Of a stretch of 64,000 nucleotides of DNA, positions 19,132 to 29,662 are shown one piece after another. The position numbers were made by a program, and so were the translations under genes. This DNA comes from a virus (taxonomy: Duplodnaviria > Caudoviricetes): IMG/VR virus record IMGVR_UViG_2757320919_000001, positions 32,001 to 96,000 of that record; one strand, 5' to 3'. Every line of letters starts with the position of its first letter. Position 1 is the stretch's first letter. A model generated the notes under the pieces. That model was not told the DNA's origin. It was given only the letters and a program-made list of their open reading frames with translations, and searched no databases.

Positions 19132-19790
19132 CAAAAGATATTATCATTAATAATAGGCATTACTGTTTAAATGTATGGAAGATAAAAGATGAAATAGGTA
19201 TATTACATCAATTTATTGATTGGATTGAACTACCATTAGAAGATCAAATAAATAAGATAGCTAATATATTGATACCACAAACAAAAGATTTGGATTATAT
19301 TTCAAGATTATATATTATGATAATATTATCGTCTTATGCTAATGGTGATTATAGTGATATATTATTAACTTGTCCACATTGTGGCAATCCTATTGATACA
19401 AGAATAAACATAAGAGAGAATTTAGAATTTATACCTCCAAAAACTGTTGAAGTTGAAATTAACAATAAAAAACATACTATTTCAAAACAAAATATTGAGC
19501 TATGTAATGAGTTACCATTAAAAGATTATAACTCTATTTTAAATCAATTAAATGATGATGGTGATTTAAAATTATGTGCTAAAGTAAAATGTATTATGTG
19601 TAATAATGATGTTTTAGCTGTAAGAGAATTAAAAGATTTATTTGAAAACTATGTTATAATGCTTGATTTAGAATGGTATTATTCTACACTTAAATATTTT
19701 ATATCACAATTAGGTTTTAGTAAAACAGATTTTGATAGTTTATATCCTTTTGAAATTGAATTATTGACAAACGAGAATAAAGATGAGTGA
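19128..19790 (+). CDS. baseplate hub assembly protein (gp26/gp51-like)
   Basis: WKIKDE, LTCPHC, CIMC and C-terminal DFDSLYPFEIELL gp51-like motif. Confidence 0.6.
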   Translation: MTKDIIINNRHYCLNVWKIKDEIGILHQFIDWIELPLEDQINKIANILIPQTKDLDYISRLYIMIILSSYANGDYSDILLTCPHCGNPIDTRINIRENLEFIPPKTVEVEINNKKHTISKQNIELCNELPLKDYNSILNQLNDDGDLKLCAKVKCIMCNNDVLAVRELKDLFENYVIMLDLEWYYSTLKYFISQLGFSKTDFDSLYPFEIELLTNENKDE

Positions 19791-22446
19791 TATTATTAAA
19801 ATAGATGGCCAAATGGTTTCATTAGATGTAGATTCTTTAAAAGATGCTTCTATTGAAACTATTATTAAAATATTAAATTATACTGAAGATACATTTAAAC
19901 CTTTACTAGATTATATGTCTAACAATGGAATCCCTTATTATATGATTTTATATGGAAGATTTAATAATGAGTCTTTATATAAACAAATGGGAATAAACAT
20001 CCTAAAAACATTAGGTGCTGTTGCAATGTTATTCCCACCTGTAAGGTTAGTAGGATCAGGTTCTAGAGTTATTACTGTTGTACCAAAATTAGTATTTAGT
20101 AAAGGTGGATTGGTAAATGTTACATTAATATCTGCTGGTGCAGCTTTAAAAACAGAAGAAAATAATGAGCTATATACACTTGAAACTATGCTTAAAAATG
20201 CAATTGTGTTTATATTTGAAGATATTATAGTTAGTACTTTTAAAATGGCTAAAGATGGTATAATGAAATTAAGTTTAGGTATAGCTGAAAAAATAAAAAA
20301 AGATGGAAGTGTTTTAGTTAATGGATTACCTATATACTTATATACAGATCTTGATAACATGGATCCAACTTTATTATCAAAAAATTCAGAAACTTACGAT
20401 AAATTAAGACCTGATTTATTAATTATTTTTGAATACATCACAACTCAAGCTAAAACTAATAAATTTGTTGATAATTATTATTTTGAATCTTTAAGTTTAA
20501 TGAAGGAAAAAGATCCAAAACTATATTCAATGGTAAAAAATTCAATATTTGGAAAACAACATGTAAGACAAGGATTTATAAGGCTTGTACACAACGCAAT
20601 GTATTATTTTTCAAATTCTTATGAAGTAACATATGATGATTTTAATGATAATATAGATGATGTCCTACCATCTAATATATTAAATGATTTTAAAAAAATG
20701 ATTTTGGACAATTCTTTAGAACCATTAAAAGACAAAAAAGGGAAACAAAAAACATCACTATTTGGTGATAAATTATATAAAGTAGTATATGATAAAAGTG
20801 CTTCACAAAGTTATAATATTGGAGATGTACAAGATCTTAATAGGTTGACAAAAGCACAATTTTTTAATGTGAATAAAAAACTTCAAAATCAGACAGTTTT
20901 AAGTCAATTTGATATAGAACCACAGAAAACAGAAAAAAATACTGCAAATGTTTCAACACCATCTACTATAGTAGGAAGAGTAAATTCTGTACTACAAAAA
21001 CATGTAGGTAGGGCAAAATTAACATCAGAAGGAGTTGCTCATGTTAAAAAATATGGTATTACTACAACAAAGTCAAGCCTTACTTTAGAAGGTTTTGATC
21101 CATCTAAATATTATTTTTCATATAGTGGTAATGAACCATTTAATACTGGTATAGGAAAATTAGATTCAAACCTTTTATACAATTTAAATCTAATGGCTTA
21201 TGACTATTTTAATACATATAAAAAACAATTTACTGTAACTTCTGGTTATAGGAGTATAGAATTACAGCAAAAACTATATAATAATTTTATAAATGGTAAG
21301 GGTAGTCCTGCAAACAGACCTGGATATTCATTACATGAATATGGTATGGCAGTAGATATTAATAGTGCAGATGCAATAAAATTAGATTCTAGTGGAATGC
21401 TTTCAAAATATGATTTTTGGAGACCTATACCAAATAAGGAACCTTGGCATGTTCAACCAAAAAATATTACTGATAAAAACGGTGATGGTATGCTTGAAGC
21501 TGATATTATTGAAACTAAAAAGAAACAAGCAAATACATTACAAAAAACAAAACCTATAAATACTACTTCAATCAATACAAATGTAAAAAAACAATTATCT
21601 ACAAATACAGTAGTTTCTACTTCTGGTAAATATTATTCTATAAATATAGGTAGATCTATGTATGTTTCTAATATAAAACAAGAAAAACCTATAAAAGCAA
21701 ATACAAGAGATGTTAAACCAACCACAAATAAAGCTATAATAGATACAAAAACTATTGAATCAACTGCAAATAAAGAAGTTATAACAGATATAAAAACAAA
21801 ACCTATTAATCATTCTAATATATCAAGAAAGTATGCTCCAGAGGATACAATTGAAATTAATAAAGAAGTTATAACAGATATAAAAACAAAACCTATTAAT
21901 CATTCTAATATATCAAGAAAGTATGCTCCAGAGGATACAATTGAAATTAATAAAGAAGTAAAGAGATTGGGTGATGAGTTTGCACAAAAAAATAATAAAG
22001 GTGCATCTATTCCTGGAGATATAGGATATAAAGATGCTGGTAATGGCGTATCTATTCCTGGTGATATAGAATACGAGGAGAAAAAAATAGCAACTTCTTA
22101 TGATGTTAAAACTCAAAAAGCAAAAAATATAACTTATAAAAAAGGAAAAGATGATAATACCTATTATACATCAGATGGTAATTTTATTACCAAGAAAACA
22201 AGAATATATGATGATGGAACTAAGGAAGATTACTATTTAACAAATACCGGTCTTGAATTAACAGAAAATATGTTACAAAATGATACAGACGAACAATTTA
22301 CTGAAATGTCAGGATTATCAAAGGATCAATTTCAAAAAGGTATTAATTTAATAAATAATAAACAATCTTCTACTAATGGAGACGGTGATAAATCTTCTGT
22401 TGATGCTGTCAAATCAGTTGAAATTACAAAGAAATTAGGATTATAA
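19783..22446 (+). CDS. large tail/baseplate protein with M15 (VanY-like) peptidase domain; possible tape measure
   Basis: SGYRS..LQQKLY, ANRPGYSLHEYGMAVDI, EPWHV motifs; located in the baseplate operon. Confidence 0.75.
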   Translation: MSDIIKIDGQMVSLDVDSLKDASIETIIKILNYTEDTFKPLLDYMSNNGIPYYMILYGRFNNESLYKQMGINILKTLGAVAMLFPPVRLVGSGSRVITVVPKLVFSKGGLVNVTLISAGAALKTEENNELYTLETMLKNAIVFIFEDIIVSTFKMAKDGIMKLSLGIAEKIKKDGSVLVNGLPIYLYTDLDNMDPTLLSKNSETYDKLRPDLLIIFEYITTQAKTNKFVDNYYFESLSLMKEKDPKLYSMVKNSIFGKQHVRQGFIRLVHNAMYYFSNSYEVTYDDFNDNIDDVLPSNILNDFKKMILDNSLEPLKDKKGKQKTSLFGDKLYKVVYDKSASQSYNIGDVQDLNRLTKAQFFNVNKKLQNQTVLSQFDIEPQKTEKNTANVSTPSTIVGRVNSVLQKHVGRAKLTSEGVAHVKKYGITTTKSSLTLEGFDPSKYYFSYSGNEPFNTGIGKLDSNLLYNLNLMAYDYFNTYKKQFTVTSGYRSIELQQKLYNNFINGKGSPANRPGYSLHEYGMAVDINSADAIKLDSSGMLSKYDFWRPIPNKEPWHVQPKNITDKNGDGMLEADIIETKKKQANTLQKTKPINTTSINTNVKKQLSTNTVVSTSGKYYSINIGRSMYVSNIKQEKPIKANTRDVKPTTNKAIIDTKTIESTANKEVITDIKTKPINHSNISRKYAPEDTIEINKEVITDIKTKPINHSNISRKYAPEDTIEINKEVKRLGDEFAQKNNKGASIPGDIGYKDAGNGVSIPGDIEYEEKKIATSYDVKTQKAKNITYKKGKDDNTYYTSDGNFITKKTRIYDDGTKEDYYLTNTGLELTENMLQNDTDEQFTEMSGLSKDQFQKGINLINNKQSSTNGDGDKSSVDAVKSVEITKKLGL
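21769..21959 (+). repeat. perfect 90-bp (30-aa) tandem duplication
   Basis: NKEVITDIKTKPINHSNISRKYAPEDTIEI x2, identical at DNA level, plus a partial third start. Confidence 0.95.
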
Positions 22447-22447
22447 T

Positions 22448-23404
22448 ATGGCTGAAGTAATTAATATACCTGGATTAGATAATGAAAAATATTTAGTTAA
22501 AATAACAGCTTACGATATTGATAATTTAGGTATAGGGAAGGAAGTTATGGATTCCTGGGATGATTTGATAAAAAAAGTTGATGAAAGCGGATCAACTGAT
22601 ATTAACTTAGAAGGAGAGTACTCATCTATAGATCAGTTATCCGAAACTTCAAGTAATATATTAAAACGCACAGTTGAGCTAATGATTGATAGAGATTCTG
22701 CTGTTATATCAACAGATGCTGCTGGGACATTCTATTTCCCTCTACCAAACTCATTATCAGACCAATATGTACAATCATATGAAGTTCAGTCTATGAATTT
22801 GTTAGGTAGTGCTATTTCAAAAGCAAGTAGTTATACAGGTCAAACTTCTATAAAAAATATATCTGAACAAGCATTAAAAAGAAGTGGTATTCAACTAGAT
22901 CCTAATATCTTATCAATATATAGGTCATCAAATCCTAGGAATATAGATATGTCTTGGAACATAATACCAAAATCAAGAAAACAATATGACGCTTATGTTG
23001 CTCAAATAAGTAAATTAAAAAACTGGACAAAAGCTAAAAGGAACCCTATTACTTTAGGTAGTGTAGGAAATATAATACCTATGAACTTTTTGATTATGAA
23101 ATACATTTTTTGTATAGAAATTATTTCATTACAAAATGATAAAACACCTTTAGTTTCAAACCTATTAAGTGCTTCAAGAGATATTACAGAAGGCTTCTTT
23201 ATATCTTTAATAAATACTAATATAGGGTCAAGGCAATTAATGCTGAGACATGATGGTAACCCGACTGAATTTTCTCTGAGTATTCAATTTATTGAAAGGA
23301 AACCTTTATGGAGAGATGATTGGGAAAAGAAAATAAATAGCCTATATAACGATCAAGGTAAATCAGAAACTTCTTTAAAAGAAGATGATATTTATAAAGA
23401 ATAG
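22448..23404 (+). CDS. baseplate tail-tube cap (gp48-like)
   Basis: FPLPNSLSD, LDPNILSIY...RNIDMSWNIIPKS, GNPTEFSLSIQFIE motifs. Confidence 0.7.
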   Translation: MAEVINIPGLDNEKYLVKITAYDIDNLGIGKEVMDSWDDLIKKVDESGSTDINLEGEYSSIDQLSETSSNILKRTVELMIDRDSAVISTDAAGTFYFPLPNSLSDQYVQSYEVQSMNLLGSAISKASSYTGQTSIKNISEQALKRSGIQLDPNILSIYRSSNPRNIDMSWNIIPKSRKQYDAYVAQISKLKNWTKAKRNPITLGSVGNIIPMNFLIMKYIFCIEIISLQNDKTPLVSNLLSASRDITEGFFISLINTNIGSRQLMLRHDGNPTEFSLSIQFIERKPLWRDDWEKKINSLYNDQGKSETSLKEDDIYKE

Positions 23405-23419
23405 AAAGGATGCAATTTT

Positions 23420-23773
23420 ATGAATGATACACAAACTATCCAAATATTTGATTTAATAGGTGACTCACAAGCTAGAGATTATATTGCTATAAAAGCTTAT
23501 AAAATAGGAAGTGATGTATCGGGTATAAAAGATAGTATTAATGACATTTTAGATGATGATCCATCAAAAGCATTTGATAATCTTTTAAACATGGCAGAGA
23601 ATAATATTTCAAATATTATAAACCCATCTAACTGGGAGGCAGGACCCAGATTAAAACCTGGTGTGCCATGTAAATATATTTGGATATTACCTATACCATC
23701 ATCTTTAGCAGAAGCATTTAGCCATGAATTTAATCAAGATGAAATAGATCCAATAGGTGATATGATAGGATAA
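23420..23773 (+). CDS. gp48-like paralog, N-terminal part
   Basis: ILPIPSSLAEAFSHEF aligns with FPLPNSLSDQYVQSY of 22448..23404. Confidence 0.6.
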   Translation: MNDTQTIQIFDLIGDSQARDYIAIKAYKIGSDVSGIKDSINDILDDDPSKAFDNLLNMAENNISNIINPSNWEAGPRLKPGVPCKYIWILPIPSSLAEAFSHEFNQDEIDPIGDMIG

Positions 23774-23780
23774 TAAAATT

Positions 23781-24542
23781 ATGGCATCTATAAGATCATT
23801 TGCGAATTTTTTTAAAAAGGGCCCTAAAAAAGTACATAATACAGAAGTACCACCACATACAATAAAACCTAACAAACCAAAACCTAATAAAATGTCTACA
23901 GTTAAAGGTAAAATTAAAAAAGGTGGTGCTATAGTTGGAATGGCAACTGGTGCAGCATTACCTTTTGGGTATAATCTACTAAAACGGAATAATATCAGGA
24001 CTGACCCTCATATTATCAATACATACAATGGAACACCAAATAGGGTATTTAATTTTGAAACTATTCTTTTACCTAATAATGCAAAACATGCAGAGGATAT
24101 TGTTAAGGCGTTATTACAGTTAAAATCAATAATGACTGGGACTCAATTGGGTACAGATAAAACTGGATTATTAATATCACAAGATTATGTTTTTACAATA
24201 GAATTTGGATCTAAAGATCCAACTAAAGGTGAACAGCTTAAAAAAGTATTAAATGAACTTTTACAGCTAAATCATGAAGAAAACGGAGAAACTGAATTAA
24301 ACCTTAAAATGTGTAATATCAATTACATGGGTCAGGCATCTGCTTTATATGGAAACGGATTACCAAGAGATTTATCTATTGCGTTACAATTTGAAGAAAA
24401 ACGACCTTTAAGAATGACATCAGATATTGTTGAAACAACTGATACATCAAATCCAAATGGGAATGAAAAAATATCAGAACCTAATATAGGACTAACAGAA
24501 GAGGAACTAAATTATAAATATTCACAAGATGAAAATAGTTAA
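23781..24542 (+). CDS. gp48-like paralog, C-terminal part
   Basis: TDPHIINTYNGTPNRVFNFETILLP, GLPRDLSIALQFEE align with the C-terminal half of the gp48-like neighbour. Confidence 0.65.
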   Translation: MASIRSFANFFKKGPKKVHNTEVPPHTIKPNKPKPNKMSTVKGKIKKGGAIVGMATGAALPFGYNLLKRNNIRTDPHIINTYNGTPNRVFNFETILLPNNAKHAEDIVKALLQLKSIMTGTQLGTDKTGLLISQDYVFTIEFGSKDPTKGEQLKKVLNELLQLNHEENGETELNLKMCNINYMGQASALYGNGLPRDLSIALQFEEKRPLRMTSDIVETTDTSNPNGNEKISEPNIGLTEEELNYKYSQDENS

Positions 24543-24561
24543 TTTATAATAAGGGCAAGTT

Positions 24562-25023
24562 ATGAAAAATTCTGTTTTGAATAATAAAATAATGGTTGAT
24601 TTCAATGGATTTTCATTATCTCCTACATATTCAGTAAATATACCAAAATTAAGAGAATTTATGAAAAATAACTTATCAATGTTTTATGTTAAAGAAATGA
24701 ATGATAATGTTAGATTTGAAGTATTAGCATTAAGAGAATATAATGATTCATCTTTATGGGATATTTTAATGATTTTAAACTTTGGTGAAAATGGTATTCT
24801 TAATTTTGCTAAAGGCGATACTTGGGTAAGTGATAATGCTGAAAATCAATATAAAGAACAACAAGAATATTTTTCACCTAATTTTAAACCTGAAGATCTA
24901 TATAATCAAATACTATCAAAAATACAAAAAAAGAATGAATCAAGAAGGAAAGTTATTTTTATAAAAAGGCAGTTTATACCTCAGTTTAAAGAATCTATAA
25001 AGGATATGTTAAATGTTTTCTGA
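24562..25023 (+). CDS. 53: baseplate wedge protein gp53
   Basis: RFEVLALREYNDSSLWDILMILN LysM-like motif; NESRRKVIFIK. Confidence 0.8.
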   Translation: MKNSVLNNKIMVDFNGFSLSPTYSVNIPKLREFMKNNLSMFYVKEMNDNVRFEVLALREYNDSSLWDILMILNFGENGILNFAKGDTWVSDNAENQYKEQQEYFSPNFKPEDLYNQILSKIQKKNESRRKVIFIKRQFIPQFKESIKDMLNVF

Positions 25024-26149
25024 TTTTAAAATTATGCCTGAAGCATATTATGCAATATTTTTATATTCAAACAATAAAAAATCTGAATTACCACTAGACC
25101 CAGCTAATATATCAGATTTTACAATAATCTGGGATTATAATGATTTATGCGTTGAAGGTTATGTTATTTTTAATGATACCCAAAAAATAACAGAACTTTT
25201 ACCACCACATAACGGAATATGTTTTAAAGTTTCATTAAAAGATCACTTTAATATTAAATTTGAAAGAGTATTTAAGGTAACAAAAATAGACAGAGATTTT
25301 GAAGGTCAATCTGTTGCCACTATAAAGTTTGAGTTAGTTGATGAATATTATAATATGTTTGCTAATACTTTTATTTCAAAAGGGTACAATAATGTAAAGT
25401 CAACAGATGTTATTAAAGATATTTTTAGTACAAAATCTGATTTAATTTCAACACCATTAAATATTATTATAAAAGATACACCTAAAAATACCTATGAGAA
25501 TTATGTAATACAAGGTAATAAAAATCTATTATATCTTCTAAATAATATGCAAAAATTTGATGACTTACTTATTATTAATACTAGAAAAGGTATTGTTGTT
25601 ATACCTACTGATAATATAGGTAAGTTATCACCTGATCTATCAAAAGTAGTAAAGTTTTCACCAACTCAAACACAAGAATACTCACCTTATTCTGTTAAAG
25701 ACTTTACATTAATACAAGGTGATATGTTAACTCAAAATGCAATTTTACCACCGTCTATAACTTATCAAGTTGATTCAAAGAAAATTACTAAAGAAGAACA
25801 TAATACAAAAATATCACATGGTAAAAGTGGTTTAAAAACAAGTTTAACAATAAATGACAAAGATGGCATTCAAGGTATAAAAATATTCCCATACTTACAT
25901 AATATAGTTGATTCAATATATAATACTGAAATATTAGAAAGTTCTGCTATAAATATAAATGTGGCTGGTATGTTCAACCATAATTTAATGTGTAAAGTAA
26001 GTTTTGATGCAAATTCATCTATTGAAACATTAAAATCAAAAATGCCTTATGTTACTGGTGAATATTTTATAACTAAAATAGTTGATCATATATCATCTGG
26101 TAATGTTTTTACACAAACAATAACATTAGGAAGAATAGGTTCTGTATGA
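25013..26149 (+). CDS. baseplate hub protein (gp27-like)
   Basis: C-terminal TGEYFITKIVDHI...FTQTITL; directly upstream of gp5. Confidence 0.6.
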   Translation: MFSDFKIMPEAYYAIFLYSNNKKSELPLDPANISDFTIIWDYNDLCVEGYVIFNDTQKITELLPPHNGICFKVSLKDHFNIKFERVFKVTKIDRDFEGQSVATIKFELVDEYYNMFANTFISKGYNNVKSTDVIKDIFSTKSDLISTPLNIIIKDTPKNTYENYVIQGNKNLLYLLNNMQKFDDLLIINTRKGIVVIPTDNIGKLSPDLSKVVKFSPTQTQEYSPYSVKDFTLIQGDMLTQNAILPPSITYQVDSKKITKEEHNTKISHGKSGLKTSLTINDKDGIQGIKIFPYLHNIVDSIYNTEILESSAININVAGMFNHNLMCKVSFDANSSIETLKSKMPYVTGEYFITKIVDHISSGNVFTQTITLGRIGSV

Positions 26150-26928
26150 GAGTAAATGAAAAGAATTTTAAAATATTAACACAAACTCTACCTTTTTATA
26201 AAGGTGTAATTGAAGATGATAAAGATCCTTTAGAATCTCAAAGATATAGGGTAAGAATTATTGGTATAGATGATGAAACTATACCTACTGAAACTTTACC
26301 TTGGGCTACTTCATTGGATTTTTCTTTGTTTTCTGGCATGGGCTTTACAAGTTTTATAAAAAAAGGTGCTTATGTATTAGTTCATTTATTTCAAAATGAT
26401 AGAAATCAACCTATTATAATAGGTGTTTTAAAAGGTGTTAATAATCAAAATGAAGAATTACAATCATTTAAAGATCCTACAGGTCAATATCCTTTAAATG
26501 ATTATAAAAATCAACCTGATACAAACAATAAATCAAAAGGTGAAAAATACTTAAAGAATCAAGTATTTGAAACAGAATCAGGGCATTATATGGAATTTGA
26601 TGATTCAAATGGAGATGAAAGAATACATATATTTCATAGAACTGGTACAGAAGTTCTAATTGATAAAGAAGGTACAGTAACAATAAATGTTGTAAAAGAT
26701 AGAAACTTAAATGTTAAAGAGAACCAAACTTCTGTTATAGATAAGAATGATACAACACATATAAAAGAAAATAAAAACTTAACTGTTGATAAAGATAATA
26801 CAACAAATATTAAAGGAAACAACACCATAAATATTGATAAAGACTGTAATATTACAATTAAAGGCGAATGTAATATTACAGTTACTGGAAATGCTAATAT
26901 TAAAGCATCAAATATTAATTTAAATTAA
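26146..26928 (+). CDS. 5: baseplate hub/tail spike gp5 (OB fold + beta-helix, no lysozyme domain)
   Basis: GVIEDDKDPL..RYRVRIIG, LPWA, ETESGHYMEFDDS..ERIHIFHRTGT, 8-residue beta repeats. Confidence 0.9.
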   Translation: MRVNEKNFKILTQTLPFYKGVIEDDKDPLESQRYRVRIIGIDDETIPTETLPWATSLDFSLFSGMGFTSFIKKGAYVLVHLFQNDRNQPIIIGVLKGVNNQNEELQSFKDPTGQYPLNDYKNQPDTNNKSKGEKYLKNQVFETESGHYMEFDDSNGDERIHIFHRTGTEVLIDKEGTVTINVVKDRNLNVKENQTSVIDKNDTTHIKENKNLTVDKDNTTNIKGNNTINIDKDCNITIKGECNITVTGNANIKASNINLN

Positions 26929-27256
26929 ATAATTTTTTAAAAAAACATTTAATTTTACAATGTTTGTGATTATGTGTTAGTTTCTCAACACTAATATTAA
27001 TTTCATTTTTCTTGTCATCTATTTTTTTAATAATATCATCAACATTATCATCAACAGATATTTTTACATCTGGATTTAAATGAATTTCTTTAGCTGAATT
27101 AACAATGTAGTCTTTTGCTAAAAAAATAACATTGTTATCAGATTCTATTATTATATTCTTTTTAAACTTAATGTAAATGTTTTTTTCATCTTCTTTTACA
27201 ATAATATTATCGTTTAAAACTTTTGAAAGCGGTTTATTATTATCCTCTAAAAACAT
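26915..27256 (-). CDS. hypothetical protein
   Basis: ORF overlapping the PAAR gene end; EIHLNP motif. Confidence 0.6.
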   Translation of the reverse strand: MFLEDNNKPLSKVLNDNIIVKEDEKNIYIKFKKNIIIESDNNVIFLAKDYIVNSAKEIHLNPDVKISVDDNVDDIIKKIDDKKNEINISVEKLTHNHKHCKIKCFFKKLFNLN

Positions 27257-27527
27257 TATTACTCCCTTGAGCGATTATACCTCCACAATTAACAGCATCT
27301 CCTATACCACAAGTAGCTTTTGAATTTGTAAAAACACTTGTGCTACCACTTGAACTATTTCTACCATGCGGTGGTGTATCAGGGCATGCGTGTGATTGTA
27401 TTTTATCACCTAGTCTATGAACAGCTATTGAATTTGCAAAAACATTAGAACTTGCTTCTATTGTAGGTGAAGGTGGATAACAACTATGTCCTAATGCTAT
27501 ATCTCCTAATCTAGTTACTGGTGGCAT
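27240..27527 (-). CDS. 5.4: PAAR spike-tip protein (gp5.4-like)
   Basis: TRLGD..GH, VFANS..VHRLGD, GDAVNCG..IAQGSNNVF. Confidence 0.92.
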   Translation of the reverse strand: MPPVTRLGDIALGHSCYPPSPTIEASSNVFANSIAVHRLGDKIQSHACPDTPPHGRNSSSGSTSVFTNSKATCGIGDAVNCGGIIAQGSNNVFRG

Positions 27528-29134
27528 AATATCCCTTTCCTATTCTTTATCCAAACACCTTGCCCACAATCCCATACTTTATAATACCCGTTTATACTCA
27601 TATTCTCTGATTCAGTCAAGTTTGGATCAAATTTCTCTAGTTTATCTTTAAGTTTATGTTTCATAAATTGTTGTCTAGAGTGTTTAGTCCCATTCTTATA
27701 GTAGAAATAACCTGGCTTAGAAAAATGACTAAATTCGAACCCTAATTGTTTGTAAATTGATCCATCAGAGTAAAGTCTATCTGAGTAACTTATTAATGAA
27801 CCTTCATTTTCTTTTTCGAAATGTTTCAATAATTTAGAAGCACCACCTATAACATTTGTGTTCTTCTTAGTACATAATCTAATTAACTCCCAGTCATACC
27901 TACCTGTAAATCTAGGTTTTCCGAATGACATTAAGCAAACTAATTCATCTTGGTAATAAAGTCCATAACACACAGTTGATCCAGTAAATCCTTGGAGATG
28001 ATTTGTGTCTAAAAACTCTTTCTCTTCTGTCTTAGGTACTTCTTTTAAAATGCATTTTCTAGCCATTATCTTTTTTGATTTTCCTAGCTTATTATTAATA
28101 ATACTAGTCCAAATATTTTTCTTGCTGTACCATGAATGTTCAAAAATATGGAGTAATTGTATTCCTTTTTCTAAGCATTTATTTGTTTTATCCAAATGAT
28201 AATTTTTATCTTTACCCATTTGCTCAGAATGCCAGTAGTCTCCATTACATTCTATAGCTAATTTATGGTTTGGGACATAAAAATCTAATTCTTTATCACC
28301 CAAAACTGAATAATCATTGCTTATATAATTACCTAATAATTCAGACATTTCTTTTTCAAATGAGCTAATAGAAGGGCTACATATTGGACAATATACACAT
28401 CCTTTTCTAAAGCTCTTTACTTCTCTGCTAAAAGTATGTCCATTTTTACATTCAAATAAGTTTTTTCCAATTACTTTATAACCTAATTCTTTTATAAATG
28501 ATGTTCTTTTATCTTCAACACATTCACTACATAATGGGAATTTTTTAAAATTGTTGAATATTCTCTTGGATATGTGACCATTTTTGCACATGAGTTCTAA
28601 TTCTTCTGAGTCATATTGATTTATTATGGTATAACCAAAACTAGTTATAATTTTTATCTTATCTTCTTCATTACATTTTGGGCAATTGATATATCCTTTT
28701 TTTAAATCATTATATTCTCTTTTAAAAATATGCCCGTTTTTGCATTTTATGAATAAGTCATGTGCTAAGTTTTCTGATGCTGGCTCATAACCACAACTTC
28801 TAATAAATTCAATTTTTTCTTCTTTTATACATTCATTACATGTAGTAGTTCCCTTTTTAAAGTTACCAAAATACTTTTTTATAATGTGTCCGTTTTTACA
28901 TTTAAGTAATAACTTTCCTTTTTTATCCATAGTAACAACTTCATAACCTAATCCTTTTATAAACTCTAGTTTTTGCTTTTCTTCACACTTAGGACATTTT
29001 ATATATCCTTTTTTGAAATCACCAAATTCTCTTTTAAAAATATGATTATCTTTACATTTTACATACAAGTTTCTAACTAAGTCTTCAGATACAACTTCAT
29101 AACCTAAATTATTTAAAAACTTTATTTTATCCAT
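27515..29134 (-). CDS. hef: Hef-like endonuclease 3 (5 Zn modules)
   Basis: Same repeat/nuclease/GNAT-like architecture as the other paralogs. Confidence 0.9.
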   Translation of the reverse strand: MDKIKFLNNLGYEVVSEDLVRNLYVKCKDNHIFKREFGDFKKGYIKCPKCEEKQKLEFIKGLGYEVVTMDKKGKLLLKCKNGHIIKKYFGNFKKGTTTCNECIKEEKIEFIRSCGYEPASENLAHDLFIKCKNGHIFKREYNDLKKGYINCPKCNEEDKIKIITSFGYTIINQYDSEELELMCKNGHISKRIFNNFKKFPLCSECVEDKRTSFIKELGYKVIGKNLFECKNGHTFSREVKSFRKGCVYCPICSPSISSFEKEMSELLGNYISNDYSVLGDKELDFYVPNHKLAIECNGDYWHSEQMGKDKNYHLDKTNKCLEKGIQLLHIFEHSWYSKKNIWTSIINNKLGKSKKIMARKCILKEVPKTEEKEFLDTNHLQGFTGSTVCYGLYYQDELVCLMSFGKPRFTGRYDWELIRLCTKKNTNVIGGASKLLKHFEKENEGSLISYSDRLYSDGSIYKQLGFEFSHFSKPGYFYYKNGTKHSRQQFMKHKLKDKLEKFDPNLTESENMSINGYYKVWDCGQGVWIKNRKGILCHQ

Positions 29135-29145
29135 TTGTTACCTGT

Positions 29146-29592
29146 TTAAAATAAACTTAAACCAAATGCTAAAAAATAGCCTTTAAAAATATATGATAAA
29201 GCACTTATACCTAATAATAAAACTATTAAAATTATACTACAGCAAATAAGCATAAATATACTAAGACCATACCTGTATTTTTTACTAGGATATAGATTAT
29301 AACAATTTACATCATACTTATTAAATACTCTGCGTATAATTTTTGATGTGTTTTCCATAAAGAAGTATGAATCATCATTTTCTGAAAGTAATGTTTTATA
29401 GAAACCAAATTTTTTTCTAGCATATATTTTATAGTATCTTTTCTGATTAAAAAATGTTCTACCTAATTTTATTTTAATAATATCATAATCATTTATGTTT
29501 TCTATTGTATCTTTAAGTTTATCTTTCAGATCATCATTAAGTTTAATTGTAATACTTTTTTTTCTTAAAAAAGTGTTGTAATTTTTTTCCAT
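29146..29592 (-). CDS. hypothetical membrane protein
   Basis: C-terminal hydrophobic helix; own promoter at 29624-29655. Confidence 0.7.
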   Translation of the reverse strand: MEKNYNTFLRKKSITIKLNDDLKDKLKDTIENINDYDIIKIKLGRTFFNQKRYYKIYARKKFGFYKTLLSENDDSYFFMENTSKIIRRVFNKYDVNCYNLYPSKKYRYGLSIFMLICCSIILIVLLLGISALSYIFKGYFLAFGLSLF

Positions 29593-29662
29593 AATTTTAT
29601 CCTTTCAATATCAATTTATCAGCATTATATCATAATTTACTTAAAATAAACTTAAACCAAAT
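29146..29662. repeat. 22-bp perfect direct repeats (29146-29167 and 29641-29662) flanking a promoter+gene cassette
   Basis: TTAAAATAAACTTAAACCAAAT at both ends. Confidence 0.85.

Noticed and set aside
21769-21959. Tandem repeat as a possible CRISPR or mini-array
   Set aside because: It is an in-frame 90-bp coding duplication with no spacers and no cas genes nearby.
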